Positions 23,449-37,538 of a DNA stretch of 64,000 bases are shown here, in pieces. Numbering within the stretch: position 1 is the stretch's first letter; the number at the start of each line of letters is the position of its first letter. The notes below the pieces were generated by a model that was given only the letters and a program-made list of their open reading frames with translations, searched no databases and was not told the DNA's origin. The stretch comes from Coniocarpon cinnabarinum. Taxonomy: Eukaryota. The translations under genes were made by a program, and so were the position numbers. The DNA lies in contig JAVECO010000110.1 of the NCBI GenBank assembly GCA_051942205.1, positions 1-64,000 on the forward strand, written 5' to 3'.

Positions 23449-26081
23449 ATGGACCCTCTTTCGATAGGTGCCAGTGTCATCGCGATCCTACAATTGAGCG
23501 CTTCCACGACTAAAGCTTTCAGAAATCTCAGGTCTCTCTGCAAGAATTTCCCTGGAAGACTGCATGCTTTGAACAACGAAGTTTCTGATATCGATCTGGT
23601 GTTGCACGAAGTTGCTCATGTCGCCAGGGCGCGTACCACACACAGCGCGATCCCACTCGATGACAGTACTCTTCAGCGTCTCTTGCAACAGGCTTACCAG
23701 AAGCTTGATGAGATCAGAATAGTTGTTTTGAGACTCACAGAAGTCTCGGAGCAGGCGCGGCCGTCGCTATTCACAGCTCATGCGTGGAAAAAAAATCAGC
23801 CACGTCTCCAGACGCTCCAAGAAGAACTACAAGCCATCAAATGCAGTCTAAACATCATCCTCGGCTCATACCACACGTGAGTATATACTACAGACTCACC
23901 TGCTCCACAATCTTGTCCTCGCTGCGGATAGCGTTCTTCACAACTCTGCTGACATCTCTGACAGGCAAGATGTGATACGCCTCCACGTTACCCTAGAGGA
24001 CTTTCACCTTTCTACATCGAGCTCCCTCCAGCACAGCGCGGGCTTGCAAAACGAATTTCAACAAAAGTTTGAGAGCAGCCATCGAGACATCCACGAAACC
24101 ATAAGTACACTCTACCAGAACGTTGACAAACGTATCGGAGACGTCGAGACTCTACTTCAGCAGAACAGTTCATTGTTAAAGGCTCGAGAGATGCAACAAG
24201 AGGGCTCAGAAGATGAAGTTCCGTCAGCGTGGACGACACGGAAAAGTCGACCGCAGCAGTTGGCCCTTATTGCTCGCCACAAAAGTATAGGTGTCCCAGG
24301 ACACAATCAGGAGATAGGCATCCGCGTGAACAAGTCAAGACCTTGCAAGACAAGCTGCACATGTAGCTGCCATTCACAATCTGCAAGTCTCATACCAAGT
24401 TTTGCCGACCGGATCATTGGACAACTCTTCGTAGGATACACAGGACCGCCAGCATTCGCCAACAAATGTAACGTGCCGAACTGTTCGAATTCTACGTCTT
24501 CACAGATGACGGTCGAGTACTGGTTTCCTCTGAGCTTCATCTGGTCTTCAATATTTCGCTTTCGCCTAGCGTATAGCCCCAATATCGGGCCACAGTTTGA
24601 GTTGACGACTCTGAGGAGGGTCCCGGATTCTGCAGCATGCGTGCATCTTGCTCTCCGTGGTGATATTGAGGGTCTCAAGGATCTCTTTAACCGTGGACTA
24701 GCCTCCCCACGAGACGTGAGTAGTACCCGTGGATATTCAGTTCTGCGGTGGGCTGTTTACGGTCATCAATATCAAACTGCCAAATTCCTCATGCAAGCTG
24801 GCGCCGACCCGGACTATCGACCCATTGCAGCTCATGATAACACTCCTCGGCACAAAGCCAATCAATTTCTTTTGATGGGTGGTATGTCTGGTGAAGATGC
24901 AGATGCTTTGCGCACTGTCGCTCAAGGCGACGACTTCATTGACGATCAGAATTATACGTCTTTACACAAAATTGTTCTCGGTTTACTATTCCGAAACCTT
25001 GAGGAAGAGTTGCAGATCCATCCCGAACTGCTCAATGTATCTGATGCGATGGGTCGAACGCCGCTGATCTGGGCTGCGTGTCGAGGAGATGAGCGAGCCA
25101 TTGTCTCCCTCCTCCAACACGGCGCCGCGGTCGACACGCTAGACGTGCAGCACACCAATGCTGTCTCATATGCAGCAGAACGTGATTTTGCAGCCTGCGT
25201 TCGGCTACTTTTAGAAGCAGGTGCCAACCCCAACATTGCTGAGGCAAACAAACTCCCCGTGGCAGATGCGATCAATGTTGCAGCGCGTAACGCAACCGAC
25301 GTAAGATTAGCTTAACACTGATATCTTCCAGAGTCATATGCTAACATGTCACCAGCCGTTGATTATCAAAACCCTGCTGGATTTCGGTGCTAACCCCGAT
25401 TCTCGCGGCGTTGACCGTATGACTAGTTTGATACACGCTGCACGCCGCGACAACTACAGCTTTGCCCTATTGCTTTTAGAACATAGTGCTAATATCAACG
25501 CTATATCCTCATCCAACATGACTCCTCTCACTGCCGCGGTTACGAACAATAGTCACAATGTACTGAAGCTGCTCCTAGACAGATGGTTCGAGTACAGCGA
25601 GTGTCCCCGTCTCAAAGGTCCTCACCTCCTTCAAGTTGTTGCCGACTATGCGGACGCTGGAACGATGCGCCTTCTCGCCTCTACTGATCATCTTTTAATC
25701 AAATATGACAGGGACTATCTCTTGGGCAATTTTCAAACATCATTGAACAGCCGTCTCGATGCTGACGAAGAACTCTTCCGCGAATTCAACGATCTACTAT
25801 CTGTCGTACGTCAAGGCTCAGAGTCAACTCGAATATCACATTATTGCGCTGGGCGACAAACGTCGAAATCTCGCCATGGATACCGAGATCTAGACTCTGA
25901 GCTCATGGAGTCTGGCATGCTTCATGACAATGAAGGAGAGGTAAAAGCAATCATGCAACACATCACTGAAGGGGACGGGTCTTACGATGATTTCGAAGAC
26001 GTGTTCTACGACGCAACCGAAGGCCTTGCAATGCGCAACCTGCATGAAGCTACACCTGCGAGCTCAGAGAATAATATATAG
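23449..26081 (+). CDS. Ankyrin-repeat protein with fungal STAND-type (HeLo/SesA-like) helical N-terminus and Cys-rich CxCxCH segment; 3 exons
   Basis: MDPLSIGASVIAILQL N-terminus; ankyrin repeats GRTPLIWAA, TSLIHAA, MTPLTAA; introns near 23877-23963 and 25301-25355. Confidence 0.85.
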
Positions 26082-27736
26082 CCGCAGTAGCGCGCTCAGG
26101 TTGCAACAAGTGGTTGAGAAGTGGCTTAGAAGCGTTTCGTTACTTGAACGCGCCTTAATTTTCTCTACTACAGTCACACCCCTCTTAAGCCTCGTTTAAA
26201 AATAGGCAGACTTCAATGATAATACAATGTTGTGCCATTCTTCTTGCCAGAGTTGAATTCAAAGTAAGGAAAAATGAGACTCAGTGATGTTAACAAAAAT
26301 GCGACACCCTTCGTGATACCACTTCCTGGACATTGTAATCAAATATGGATACGATGGAACTGTTTTTAGTGGCAGAAGCGTTACTAGACCAGCGCTATCT
26401 AAGGCCTGCGCGGACGCTATCTACTTGTATATATGAGGGACACAAACTACCGGTATCAACTGATCTAGATGGTAAAGCCCTACCGCTGCAGCTGCTTCTG
26501 TCGCCGCAGATGACCATAACAATGGTAGCAAAGCTTCAGGAGTTTCTTTATAGTTCCTATTTAGTAGTCTCTAGAGACGTGCTACCCTTTTGAGTACATA
26601 GCGATGTTCATAGTTTCACATTCAATAAAAATTATACCTTGAGCTAACCAATCATGAAATTGAATATTATAACCTGACCACGAGCACCACTAGCTCATGT
26701 TTCGCCAATAACTGTTGTCTATTAGCATCATCCACTGGCGACCCTGACATACGTATCACATTAAATAGTACTCTCAGAAAGCCCTGGCTGTATCGCAATG
26801 CAAGCGCTCATTACAGACGCGAGATGTAGCTCAACAGCAGGATAGTAGCGGATTAAAAATGAATGCAGGTCATAATCGCATGCACTTTGTGTAAAAATTG
26901 CACTATGACCATAGGACTGGAGCCTTAAAAATATCATATATCATTTGATTAGAGGATGTTGACGTTGTTTGATAATTGAAGAATATGTGTCTACCCGCGA
27001 ATATTTGTATCAAGCAAAGTGAGTGTAAAGCTCTGGCACGCTTCTTTTTATAAAGTAAACATTCTTAGCCGAACCATGTTGCTCTTGACTCACAAGGATG
27101 TATAGATCCAAGTATTTCTATACTTTATATTCAACGAAAATTCGTATTGTGTAGGCGTATGAATCTAGTGCCGGCGGCATGAGGAAGAGCGACGGTACTA
27201 CTTGAAAAGGTTGGAATTCCAAATACAATAGCTTGTATTGGTGTGTCTTATAAAGCCTATCCGCGATATTGCCTCTCGACGAAACCACAACCGGAATTAA
27301 GACATCCAAACAACTAAGAAAACCACACAAGACATATTCTATTGCCAAACCATAACGGAGAAGGGAGAGAACCTAGCCACCAATGAAACGAGCAACCAGA
27401 TGCAATCGAAAATCCTAAGAAACCGAACTGCTGGCCATACTAATAGAGTTCTGTTCCATGTCTCAGATTTGCACTGCATCTAAACCACCATGGACAGTTC
27501 TTGACTTGTCAAAAGTGACCCAGTTGATCGGAAGCGCAGTAATGGTTCAACAGCCAGGTGAGCACATCGCGTCGTGCGTGAAAGGTATCAGTAAGAGAAC
27601 TTGACTCAGATATACTTTCTTCGCTCAAGAGGTGAATTAACGATGCCTCAGCACTTTCCTCGGCAGTAGTAGCCCCAGCAACGGTCTCTCGTAGCCTTAT
27701 AGCGTAATTTCAACGCATATCGTGTTCTGCCATACT

Positions 27737-28025
27737 TAGTGTGGTCAATGGTTAGATTATGGTTCGGTTTCAGTTCAGTAGCGCCATAACTAAAACAATA
27801 AGAGCAATGACTAAACCAATATCCTAATAGTTAACTATAACTAAACTACTAATAACTAAACTATCAACCGCTCTATAGAGTAGTTAATAGTTAGGTTATA
27901 GTTTAGTTTTAGTTTAGTTTTAGTTTAATAGCGCTATAACTAAACTAATAAGAGTAAGAACTAAACCGATATCCTAACAGTTAACTATAACCGAATCAAT
28001 AATAACCAAACCATTGACCACACTA
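27737..28025. mobile_element. hAT-like MITE, head-to-tail dimer
   Basis: Outer TIRs TAGTGTGGTCAATGGTT / AACCATTGACCACACTA; flanks GCCATACT / GCCATACA (7 of 8 match); two related units, 27737-27875 and 27876-28025. Confidence 0.85.
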
Positions 28026-28233
28026 GCCATACATGTTTCCATCCGATCTTTCCGAATAGCTTCTATGATATTCTTTAATCACCCTTGAGCCCCTCACTGT
28101 TACTGTATATCTGCGTAACAGGATCTTAGGTTCCAGCAGGAGATGATTGCGCGTGGTAGTAAGCTAGTTTGGTTATTTCAAAGTCTGCGTTCAATTCTTC
28201 AATGCGTGCCATCACTCTATTTTTCGTAAGATC

Positions 28234-31094
28234 TTAGATTGCATGTGCTGGACATTGGAATAGAATGCAAAAGTTGATGGTAAACTCCTGATCCCGAAAG
28301 AGTGGAAAGACTTGATGAAAGTGGCGCTCATCAATATTGACCCCTGTTTCTAGAAAGCGGGATGTAAGTGACTCTATATTCTGAGCGATTTCCTGAGATA
28401 GCGATGGAGCTAGACAAACGCTGTGACATGATAGTGCCTTACTCCTTACTGCTGGCACCGCAAGGTATTGTGTTCTATTTGCGGGGATTGCATAGTACGT
28501 CAGGACACCGAAGAATCCCTCCCATGCCGTCCATGTCCTGCAAGAGAGGCTTTCTGAAGTTGATTTATTTGGATCGGCACCCAAGTGTAGGGCCATTGTA
28601 ATCAGTTCTGCATGAGCGGAATGAAATGAATATTCATAGGGGCTGCGGGGTCCGTCGGGAGATCGATGAGTCTCATGCAAACCGCGGAATGTAAGTGCAA
28701 AGAGCAGATGGTTTGCAATTACCTTCTTCCCGGGTCCGGGTGCAAGCTGTCTCAGTTTTGCCCGTACAAAGTTGGGCATTAGAAATTCATCGTACAGAAC
28801 AAGGAAGGTCTCTACAAAATGTTCTTTCGCGCCATTGCTGTTCACGAGCTGGTCAACCCAGGCATTCCCCCATGCTACCGTTGCAACTTCGTTGAGACTG
28901 TCCATAACTTTTTCAGAAGGCTGTGTAGTCTCAAGCTGGACAATCAGAGCATATTCAAGGCAAAAATAGACTTGGTCTTGAGCTTCAGAGAACATATTGC
29001 ACCCAGACTCATCCAAGATATGTCTCATACTCATAGAAACCGCAAAGGACCTCACATAAAGACGGTGCGCTTGCGCAAGGGACTACAGCTCTAGTCTTGG
29101 CCAGCTTCGACGCTCTAGAATCTCCAAGACAGATCTGTGGGTCAGTTGAATCGGAGGTTGCCAAAAAAATGCCCTTGCTCTGCTCTCAGGGTGCGACAAG
29201 AAATCTTTCCTTGATATAGAGCTTGGAGTGGCGCTTCCCGAAAGGTCCTTGCTACCTTTGGCAGGAGATTGTTCGTCGAAGTCGGAGCTTTCCATGGATC
29301 CTCTTGTAAATGAATCATACCGCCGGCGGGTGACACTAGAATTGACCTCTCCCACTTCTAAAATACCAGCTGTACAGTTCAGTACACGAGTTCGAACCCG
29401 CTTACATTCATTGAGGTAATTTGTGATCTTGCCTGCAGTCCACGGATCATGCAACGTCTCAAGATAATGGTGATCTGTGCCTGAACAGAGGCGACCCACC
29501 GAAAAACTCTTATGTGTCTCCCCAAACTGAGCCACTCTGAAGTAAGCGACAGCCTCTTTGTAGTTCTATCGACTCACTTTGTCAAGCATGTGGCCGTAAA
29601 GCTCGTGCAAATTTTCTGTAAGTGTGTTCAAACGATTCCTACCTTGATGTTCTGCACTGCTAATCGTACCCCTAGGAACACAACTCTTGCTTTCGACAAA
29701 GGTTCGTTGCAAAGCGGTGATTGAATGTCAATCCTGAATTCTCGCGATATATACTGCGCAATGTCGCGCCGGTTCACTAACGCCATCCTTAGCTTCGGAG
29801 CATCAACAAACGCATCCTTGAAAACTTTCAAGCATCTACTTGAGAAACCGCACTTGAGCGTATTGGTACGTTTTGAAACATACTGTTGCAAGAAAGTCTT
29901 TCAGTTTAAAGTGTGCTGCGGGATTGCCGTCTTCAAATTCGTCGAGATCGTTAGTGAAGACGCACAGACAAATATTCTCAATTTTGAGGATAGCTTCAAG
30001 TATATTGCTGAGATTACCGTCATTCCAAGAGTTGGCGGCGCTGACAGGTCTCAGAGTTTTGCTGGGTATGCTATCTATAGGGTTTGGATACTCTTTCAAC
30101 ACTAAACGGCAACTTAGTACTTGCGCCACCTTTCAGATGCGACAATTTTACTTTGGTAGATGATCGATCTCAGACAACCAACGATGGACTTTTGTAAGGG
30201 CGGTTCAGAAAAACACAGCTACTGCGATTAGCTTTTTCGTGCCTGCCCACTTGCTCAGGAGACGTTGCCTGTCTTGGATGCGGTAGCCCCAGATGTAATT
30301 CATAAGCGTACTTTCCCTAGCGTCCGGTTTGCCCGTGATCTAATACAACAGTCGATCATCCTGTAACCATGCTATCGTCGACCTTCAAGTCTAAGATCCA
30401 GTCGTAAGTATCTCTCGCAGCAGATCTTCGCGCATAGCCTCAAATCCTTTCAAGATTCCACCAATAGAGTAGAATTAGCAGATCTGAGTACTCTGGTGAG
30501 AAGAGCTGGCCCAAGTGAGCCATTATTGTCCAGCAATGCAGTGTAGCTCTAGCTGCATTTGTAGCAATTCCAGCTCTTCTTGGAGTTCTCTAAGCCTTTT
30601 ACGCCTCCAACTAGCCTTCATAAGTTTTAATGCCTTGGATTTAAATGTGCTATTTCTACCAAGCTTAACATCAGCCAGTAATTTACTCAGCTCGGAGGCC
30701 TTGTCGTGGCAATGTCTTCCCGCTCTTATTTGCGAGCTATTAAATTTGGGAGAAAGGCCATGCTGATCTGAAGAGTCTAAAGCCTTGTTCAGCAGTCAGC
30801 AGGGTTCATACGCAATCATATAGAAATTTGAACATATGCTGGGCTTCATTGTCTGATTCAGTCACAGAGAGACCATACTTGATCTTGGGAAGGCTGCCGT
30901 GCCAGCTCAAGGTCGACACACAGCGTTTGGAGCAATTCTGAGAGCCTACAGGTTCTGTCTTCGAGTGTCGCATTACTTTCAGACAGTCCCGAAGATAAAG
31001 TGAATGCCTGATGGGCGCATTGCGCCAATTCCAAGCTGAAGCTCATCGCTTGCATAATATTACAAGCCAATGACAAGGCCGCGAGAGTCTCCAT
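28234..31094 (-). pseudogene. NACHT-type NLR-like gene with helical N-terminus, pseudogenised
   Basis: METLAALSLACNIMQ N-terminus; degenerate Walker A Y*ITGKPDARESTLMNYI (~30290-30345); Walker B-like VFTNDLDEF; GVFLGVRLAV; stops and frameshifts. The coding relic may continue to about 27350, across the MITE. Confidence 0.8.
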
Positions 31095-32581
31095 GGCTGC
31101 ATCCTAAAATTGCAGACGCCTCGACTATATGTCGAGCATGAATGACTGAAGAGGTAGCTGAGGTTTCAAGAAGACGCCTTGCGAGGCTAGTGCAGGTATG
31201 AACGCCATGCAGCCTCGCGCGGCGCTAACGCACGATACATCATCGTCGATTGTTGCACCAGCTTTACTCACAGCTCTGAAGCCAATCACGGCTCACATTG
31301 TCATGAAGGAAGGTCTCAAAAGCGAAGCCGATGTTGCATTACTCCAAACATTACAAGCTGTGTTCGAATGTTTAGTCAATTTATGCGTTGCTCAGGATGC
31401 AACATTGAAACAGCGGTCATTCAAAGCTCGATGCATATAACGCTAACCTGCGCGATGACCGAGCTAAGAAGCGTACGAGTACTGAATTTGGAGTTGTAAA
31501 AACACAAGTAGTGTCAGATTCAGTCAAGTTTCATTGCACGACGCAGATGCAACGTGTACCTTTACTTGCTCGGACCAAAGTAGCCAGTAAGTGTAGATCA
31601 GCAGACTTGTCAAAGCAGGAAACTTCGAACCACTGAGCGTGACTAGCGTAGTGTGTCTAGTAGAGCAGTCATACACTAATCGGCATCATTACCCTTATCC
31701 CATAACCGAGTATGGTCATAAATGTGCCGCAAGCACTACAAAAAGCACTTATTAGTTCCCAATAGTCGTTCGTAGCAAAGAGGCTGACGGCGCATAGCGT
31801 ACTTCTTCAAAGGTCAACTACTTGAAACGCTACTATCTTCAGGAGTAGTACTGAGATTCCTGCTTAGACAACGACAGCAAGGTTAATCTATCTTTACTGT
31901 TGACTAATTGTTTAGGGCTTACCTCATTTCTGACGCATTCCCAAGATACTGCCGCTCCTTTGCCACTTATTTCAGTAAATAGTCATCACCATACTCGTAA
32001 CTCACCAGTAAAGGTCATACCTCAACTGCTATACAACCGGAAAGGCTCACAATCACACCACTATTCAGCAGTACTGCTAAAGTACTTGTCTCACTAATAA
32101 CACTAAGTCCATGGACAGTCCGAGAAATACTGACAACAATTCGGTGTCGCAGCTTAATAGCGAGATAAGGATACATATGCAATGTCATCAGTAAGCACAC
32201 GTCGTAGGTCAGGCAGTACGCGGCCATGACATATGATCCGCGAATATGCGCGGCTCGTCTGGTCGGTTTTTGGTCACTACAGCCTCATTTCTTGACCCAT
32301 GGCCGTAAAGACTCCGAGCACAACGGAGTTGGTCGCATTACCTGCTAACTTTTAGCAGCGCTCGTAGAGAAGTCGCGAGGACCTTGTGTGGCAGCACTTT
32401 CCGCACAATATTTCAGCATTTTCCGAGCTGCAAAGAGCTTTCGCCGTCGTACGAAAAGCTTTGTGATCCTAACTTATCCTATTAGATGGGCTCGCCTGGC
32501 GGACTTACTGACACGTGATGTGGAGTCATGCCTCACTAGTCCATAAATATACTAGCGCGTACCAGCCCGTACCAGCCCGTA

Positions 32582-32810
32582 CAGTGATGAATTTTGAGGT
32601 GGCCACCCCCAAATGGGGGAGGTGATGAGGCCGGTTAACTCCACCAGTCGGAAGATGGACCGCAGGCGAACGGCAGCGGGAGCCAAGCCCTGTCCTAGGA
32701 GCTGCGTGCGACTAATACCATCGTAGACTAGATCCAAGCGTTCAATTGGTTAGATTTAGCGCGTGCACGTCCCCGCGCAAGGGGGGTGGCCACCTCAAAA
32801 TTCATCACTG
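32582..32810. mobile_element. Tc1/mariner-type MITE (229 bp)
   Basis: Perfect 29-bp TIRs CAGTGATGAATTTTGAGGTGGCCACCCCC flanked by TA on both sides. Confidence 0.92.
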
Positions 32811-33293
32811 TACAATCTATTCTTAGCTCGAGAGTTCAAGGTATAGTCTCAGCAATCGTAGCGCAAATACTACAGCGCAAATATTACTTTATTTCCTACA
32901 AATTTTAACACTTTTGCAGAAAACTCCACTAAAGAGTACAATTTTCAAGTAAATAGTAGCCATGCTTTTCCTCGAATGGCAGAATATTCCAAATGGAGAC
33001 TTGGACACTTTCAGAATGATGTCCTATGTACGCCGCAACTTACACGACCCCACGGCGGTCTAGAATGATCCAAAAAGCAGGTACATCTCTCACCACCAGC
33101 AATTGTACCTGTGGCTATCTCCGCCTTCACCGAAGCAGCCTTCGTGAGAGGCTGTGTCGATCGGCGATGGCTCAGGCAAATCCCACCGGCCTTGCGCTTC
33201 GCAGTCCGCTTCTTTCGCAGACACTTGACAGCGTGGAAGTGTCGAAGAGCTTCTTGAAGAAGTATTGCGCAGTCACGCATCGACTATCATTCG

Positions 33294-36200
33294 ATGGCCA
33301 AGATCCACCGCAATGGGTTCACGGAGCTCGGCAGTGGTGCGCGCGCTAGTAATGAGCCGCACCTGGTCAAGTAAGTTTGCAAACTTTGGCACTTCTTTTG
33401 CGAAGCATCTCCTGATTCAGCGACACAGCATCGTCTTTGTGCACGGCTTGAGAGGCCATCCTCGAGAAACTTGGGAAGCAAAGAGTACATCTAACGACAA
33501 AGAAGTAAGTCGAGGTACCTGTTTGACTCCTTTAGTAGGCTCAGGGTGGGGACATGGAATTCTTTGCCTGGCAAGGGTTTGGGACGAAAGAATTGCCGTA
33601 GTTGATGCAGTGCTCCATGGGTTGTAAAAGTCTTTGTCGCGACGTCTTCAAAACTTAGACATGGAACACTTAGACATGGAATATGCTTACACTAGAGGCC
33701 CTTTACCCAGAGTTGCGCCTTGCAATGCTTGCAAAAGACTGGCAATGACTTCTGTCCGTAACCCTTATCGCGCGCTAATGTCAGTAGGAGCAGAAACGCG
33801 GGCCTTCTAGTGCTCGACGACGTGTCTTTCCCTTCTCTTTCAAAAGGCCATCGACCGACGTTCCGGCAGAAGTGAACGAGCCTCGTAGCTCAAGTGGTTC
33901 TGCATCCTCCGAGGTGTTTTGGCCCGAAGACTTTCTCTTACCCGATGTCCCAGTAGCGCGCATCTGGACATATGGGTATAATGCAGATGTGATAGGAAGC
34001 TTATACAAAGCATCGAATCAAAGTACCATATCACAACATGGCAGCGACTTGGCCGTGCGCTTTGAACGGGAGTTCAATGGTACCGTATGTCAACAGTGTA
34101 CGGTGGTTTTCCATTCGTGGGCTGATAGTGTATGCTAGTGTCCGGTTTTGTTTCTTGCGCATAGCCTTGGTGGCATTGTTGTCAAAGACGTGAGTGCGAT
34201 ACTGAGCGGCGCACTCACCCTGAGTTAACATGGGCGTCACGCACTTCGCAAATCAAAACGATGCCAAAACCTTACCAAGCTCATTGTGTTTTTAGGGACA
34301 CCTCATCGGGGCAGTCAATATGCGGACTGGGGACAAATTGCCTCAAAGTTAGCTCGACTAACTTTGCAGGATCCCAATGAGAAGCTGCTTCAAGGCCTTG
34401 AAGTGAACAGCGAAGTTCTAGACAACATCGATGAGCAGTTCATGAGCATAGCCGTGAGTGCAAACATAGGGATACATTCGTTTCAGGAGGCTCGTGGAGT
34501 CACTGGTGTTCGAGGTCTATCCGGAAGGGTAAGCGGCATGCAACGTGTCCTCGACATTGTCAACGCGGCTGTCGCACTGAATAATCTTTAGATAGTGGAA
34601 CCTTTTTCCTCTAAGCTCGGTCTACCTCGGGAGCAAGAGACAGTGGAAAGCATCGACGCCGATCATGTACACATGGTCAGATTCAGCTGCAAAAATGATG
34701 ACGGCTATTGTCAAGTGCGAGATGTTTTGAGAGCGTTCACAATGTCTCTGGGATCGCAGACTGATGCTACCGAGCTCATCCGCCTTCCACAGTCCAACGT
34801 TGCGTTAGAGAGTCAGTATGTGTCGATAACAGCTGGGTCCTTTAATAGATTCTGACACGTGCCCTAGATGATTGTAGACTGGTCCCCGTCAAGCGCCCCA
34901 GCTACCTTCCCTTCCCAAGAAATAGCGATTTCATTGGGCGCGAGGCAATACTAGCTGAGCTGGACAGAAAGATCTTTGATGAAGATTGTGCGAAGCTCGC
35001 GCTCTACGGCCTAGGAGGAATAGGCAAAACGCAAGTTGCTCTAAGCTTTGCTTTCACCGTTCAACGAAACCGACCCGACTTATCCGTCTTTTGGGCTTCA
35101 GCAATTAGTGCAGAATCATTCGAGCGATCCTTCCACGAAATAGCCGTACGGTGTAGCGTCAAGAAACCGGAACAACAGGCAAATGGCTTTAAAAGCGCTG
35201 TTCAACAATACCTCAGCTCGGACGTCGCAGGCAAGTGGCTCCTGATTGTCGACAACGTCGATGACGAATTATCATTGAACACAAAGTATGAACTGCCGCA
35301 GGATGGATCTTCGACTCATCGTCGTTCCGCAGATATTAAGCCATTTCTACCCAATAGTGAGCTCGGACACATTCTGTTTACGACTCGGCACAGGAGAGCA
35401 GCAACCTCGCTTGCTCGCAATCACTGTGTAGAACTGAGAGACATGTCTGATACGGAGGCGACATTACTCTTCAAGAAGTTGGTAATCGATCGGGTTCCTA
35501 CGAACGACGAGAACAGCATATGCGAGCTTGTTAAAGAGCTTTGTCATCTTCCTTTAGCGATTATACAGGCTTCGGCGTATTTGAACGAGAATCCACAGGT
35601 ACGTACTCTGTCTTTGACCATATCGTCAGACCTCCCTGTCAAATATTGTGATGTCTGCTTTGCACCCGACCACACCGTACGTAAGGGTGTAGAAGCGTCC
35701 TTCTCCCACGTCCGTTCGCATGTTCGAGAGGCGCTTATCGCGCTCCGGCATCCTGAATCAGTTGAAACCTCCTATGATCCTTCTTCGGTGGAAATTCCAG
35801 CCACACAAGTAAATTGCCCGCAATCATGAAAAAATACTGAAATATGTGCCCGAAGGTGACCGCTTCCGACTATCTAGAGCTTCTTCGCGGAGCTGAACAC
35901 GAAGGCGTCAATCTCCTCAGTCACGATTTCGTTGACGACACACGCTATGCAGAGTCGGATAATGCCGTCGCTGCAACATGGATGGTTTCTATTAGCCAAA
36001 TCGAGCACGTCGAGCCTCTAGCTGCTGACCTACTAATGCATCTGTCTGTTCTTGAACCGACTTCGATTCCCCCTTCACTGTTCATGACATCTGAGCCAGT
36101 CGGCGAGGAGCGTAGGACCCGTGCTGTTGGTGCGCTCTGTTCCTATGCGTTCCTGAGAAGACGCGGCAGCGAAAGCGACGAATACGACATGCACAGGCTC

Positions 36201-37538
36201 GTACACAAAGTGGCACGTTTGTGGACTGGTAAACGAACAGACGTCAACGAAGTAATAGAGCGGGCAGTGCGGCACATTCGCCAAATCTTCCCAAGCCCCA
36301 AATGGGTGGATCGGGCGACGTGGAGGGTTCTTGTGCCCCATACAACGCGGCTACTTCACGGTTGTGTAACGCTTGATATGGAAGAGAGACAGTTTCTCTA
36401 TTACTACGTAGGACGATGCATGAGCTGGGATGGCCGCACTGCAGAGTCTCAAGCGTGGCTGCTGCAGGCCGATGAGTGGTGTCGTGCGCATTTAATTGAA
36501 GAAGACCCGCACCGTTTAAAGGTGGAACACGCTCTAGGAGTAACGTACCTCCAATTAGGCCGAGCCAATGATTCGATGAGAATTTTGGAGCATGTCCTTG
36601 ACGTGGAATCACGAACGCGGGAAGAAAGTGGGAGCTGACACGTGCTGGCCTCTTACGGTGATAGCCTTTGCTAATGAGTTCATGTAGGTGATGTCAGCCG
36701 CATAGTCTCACGGCATATGCTCGCAAAGGCATATCTTGAGGACCAGAGATTTTCGGAAGCTGCCAAACTGCTTGAGCATATCCATAAAGTTGCAAAGGAA
36801 ATGATTGAGAATAACAAGCTTACAAAGGACTCAGACGTCTATTTAGACTTACAGCGCTCGCTCGCCGCCAGCTTCCAGCTCAGCGGTCGTACCGATGAAG
36901 CTATAAGGATACTCGAACAGAACATTTCAGTCATGGGCGAAGACTATTCAGGCGAAAACTCGACCTATCTGGGGACACAAACCGACCTTGGTAACGCATA
37001 CAGAATGCAAGGACATTGTACTGAAGCGATTAAGGTACTTGAGCATGTCGTCTTGACTCAGCGCGAAAAACTCGAAGTGAATCATTATCAGCGACTGCGA
37101 TCCGAGTATACGCTTGCGCTCGCTTATCTAGATCACGGAGATATTAACCAAGCATTGGGCTTACTTGAGCATGTTGTAGGTATTTGGAGAGGAGAGGGTG
37201 CGAAAGATAATATTAAGTTGTTAGGGTCAGAGACTGCACTCTCAGAAGCCTACTTGTTGAAGGGACAGCATGATGAAGCTGCGAGGCAGCTTGAAAATTC
37301 TATCCTCCTTGCAAAATCGAAATTGCGTGAAGATCATAATGTGTCAATATATGCGAAGCATTCCCTTGCTGTCGCGTACATTCATCTCCGACGGACCGAA
37401 GAGGCTGTAAAGTTGCTGGAGTATGTGGTGAAGGCTAGAGAGAACAAACTAAACAAAGATCATCCTGCGTTGATTGAATCCCGACGAAGGCTAGCAGAAG
37501 CGAAGAAGATGCGTGGAACAAAAACGATGGCACAATGA
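33294..37538 (+). CDS. Fungal NLR: SesB-like alpha/beta hydrolase + NB-ARC + TPR repeats, multi-exon
   Basis: IVFVHGLRG, RIWTYGYNA, AHSLGG, FLGTPHRGS, P-loop YGLGGIGKTQVAL, WLLIVDNVD, LPLAIIQA, DMHRLVH, 42-aa TPR repeats; one splice acceptor is non-canonical. Confidence 0.88.
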
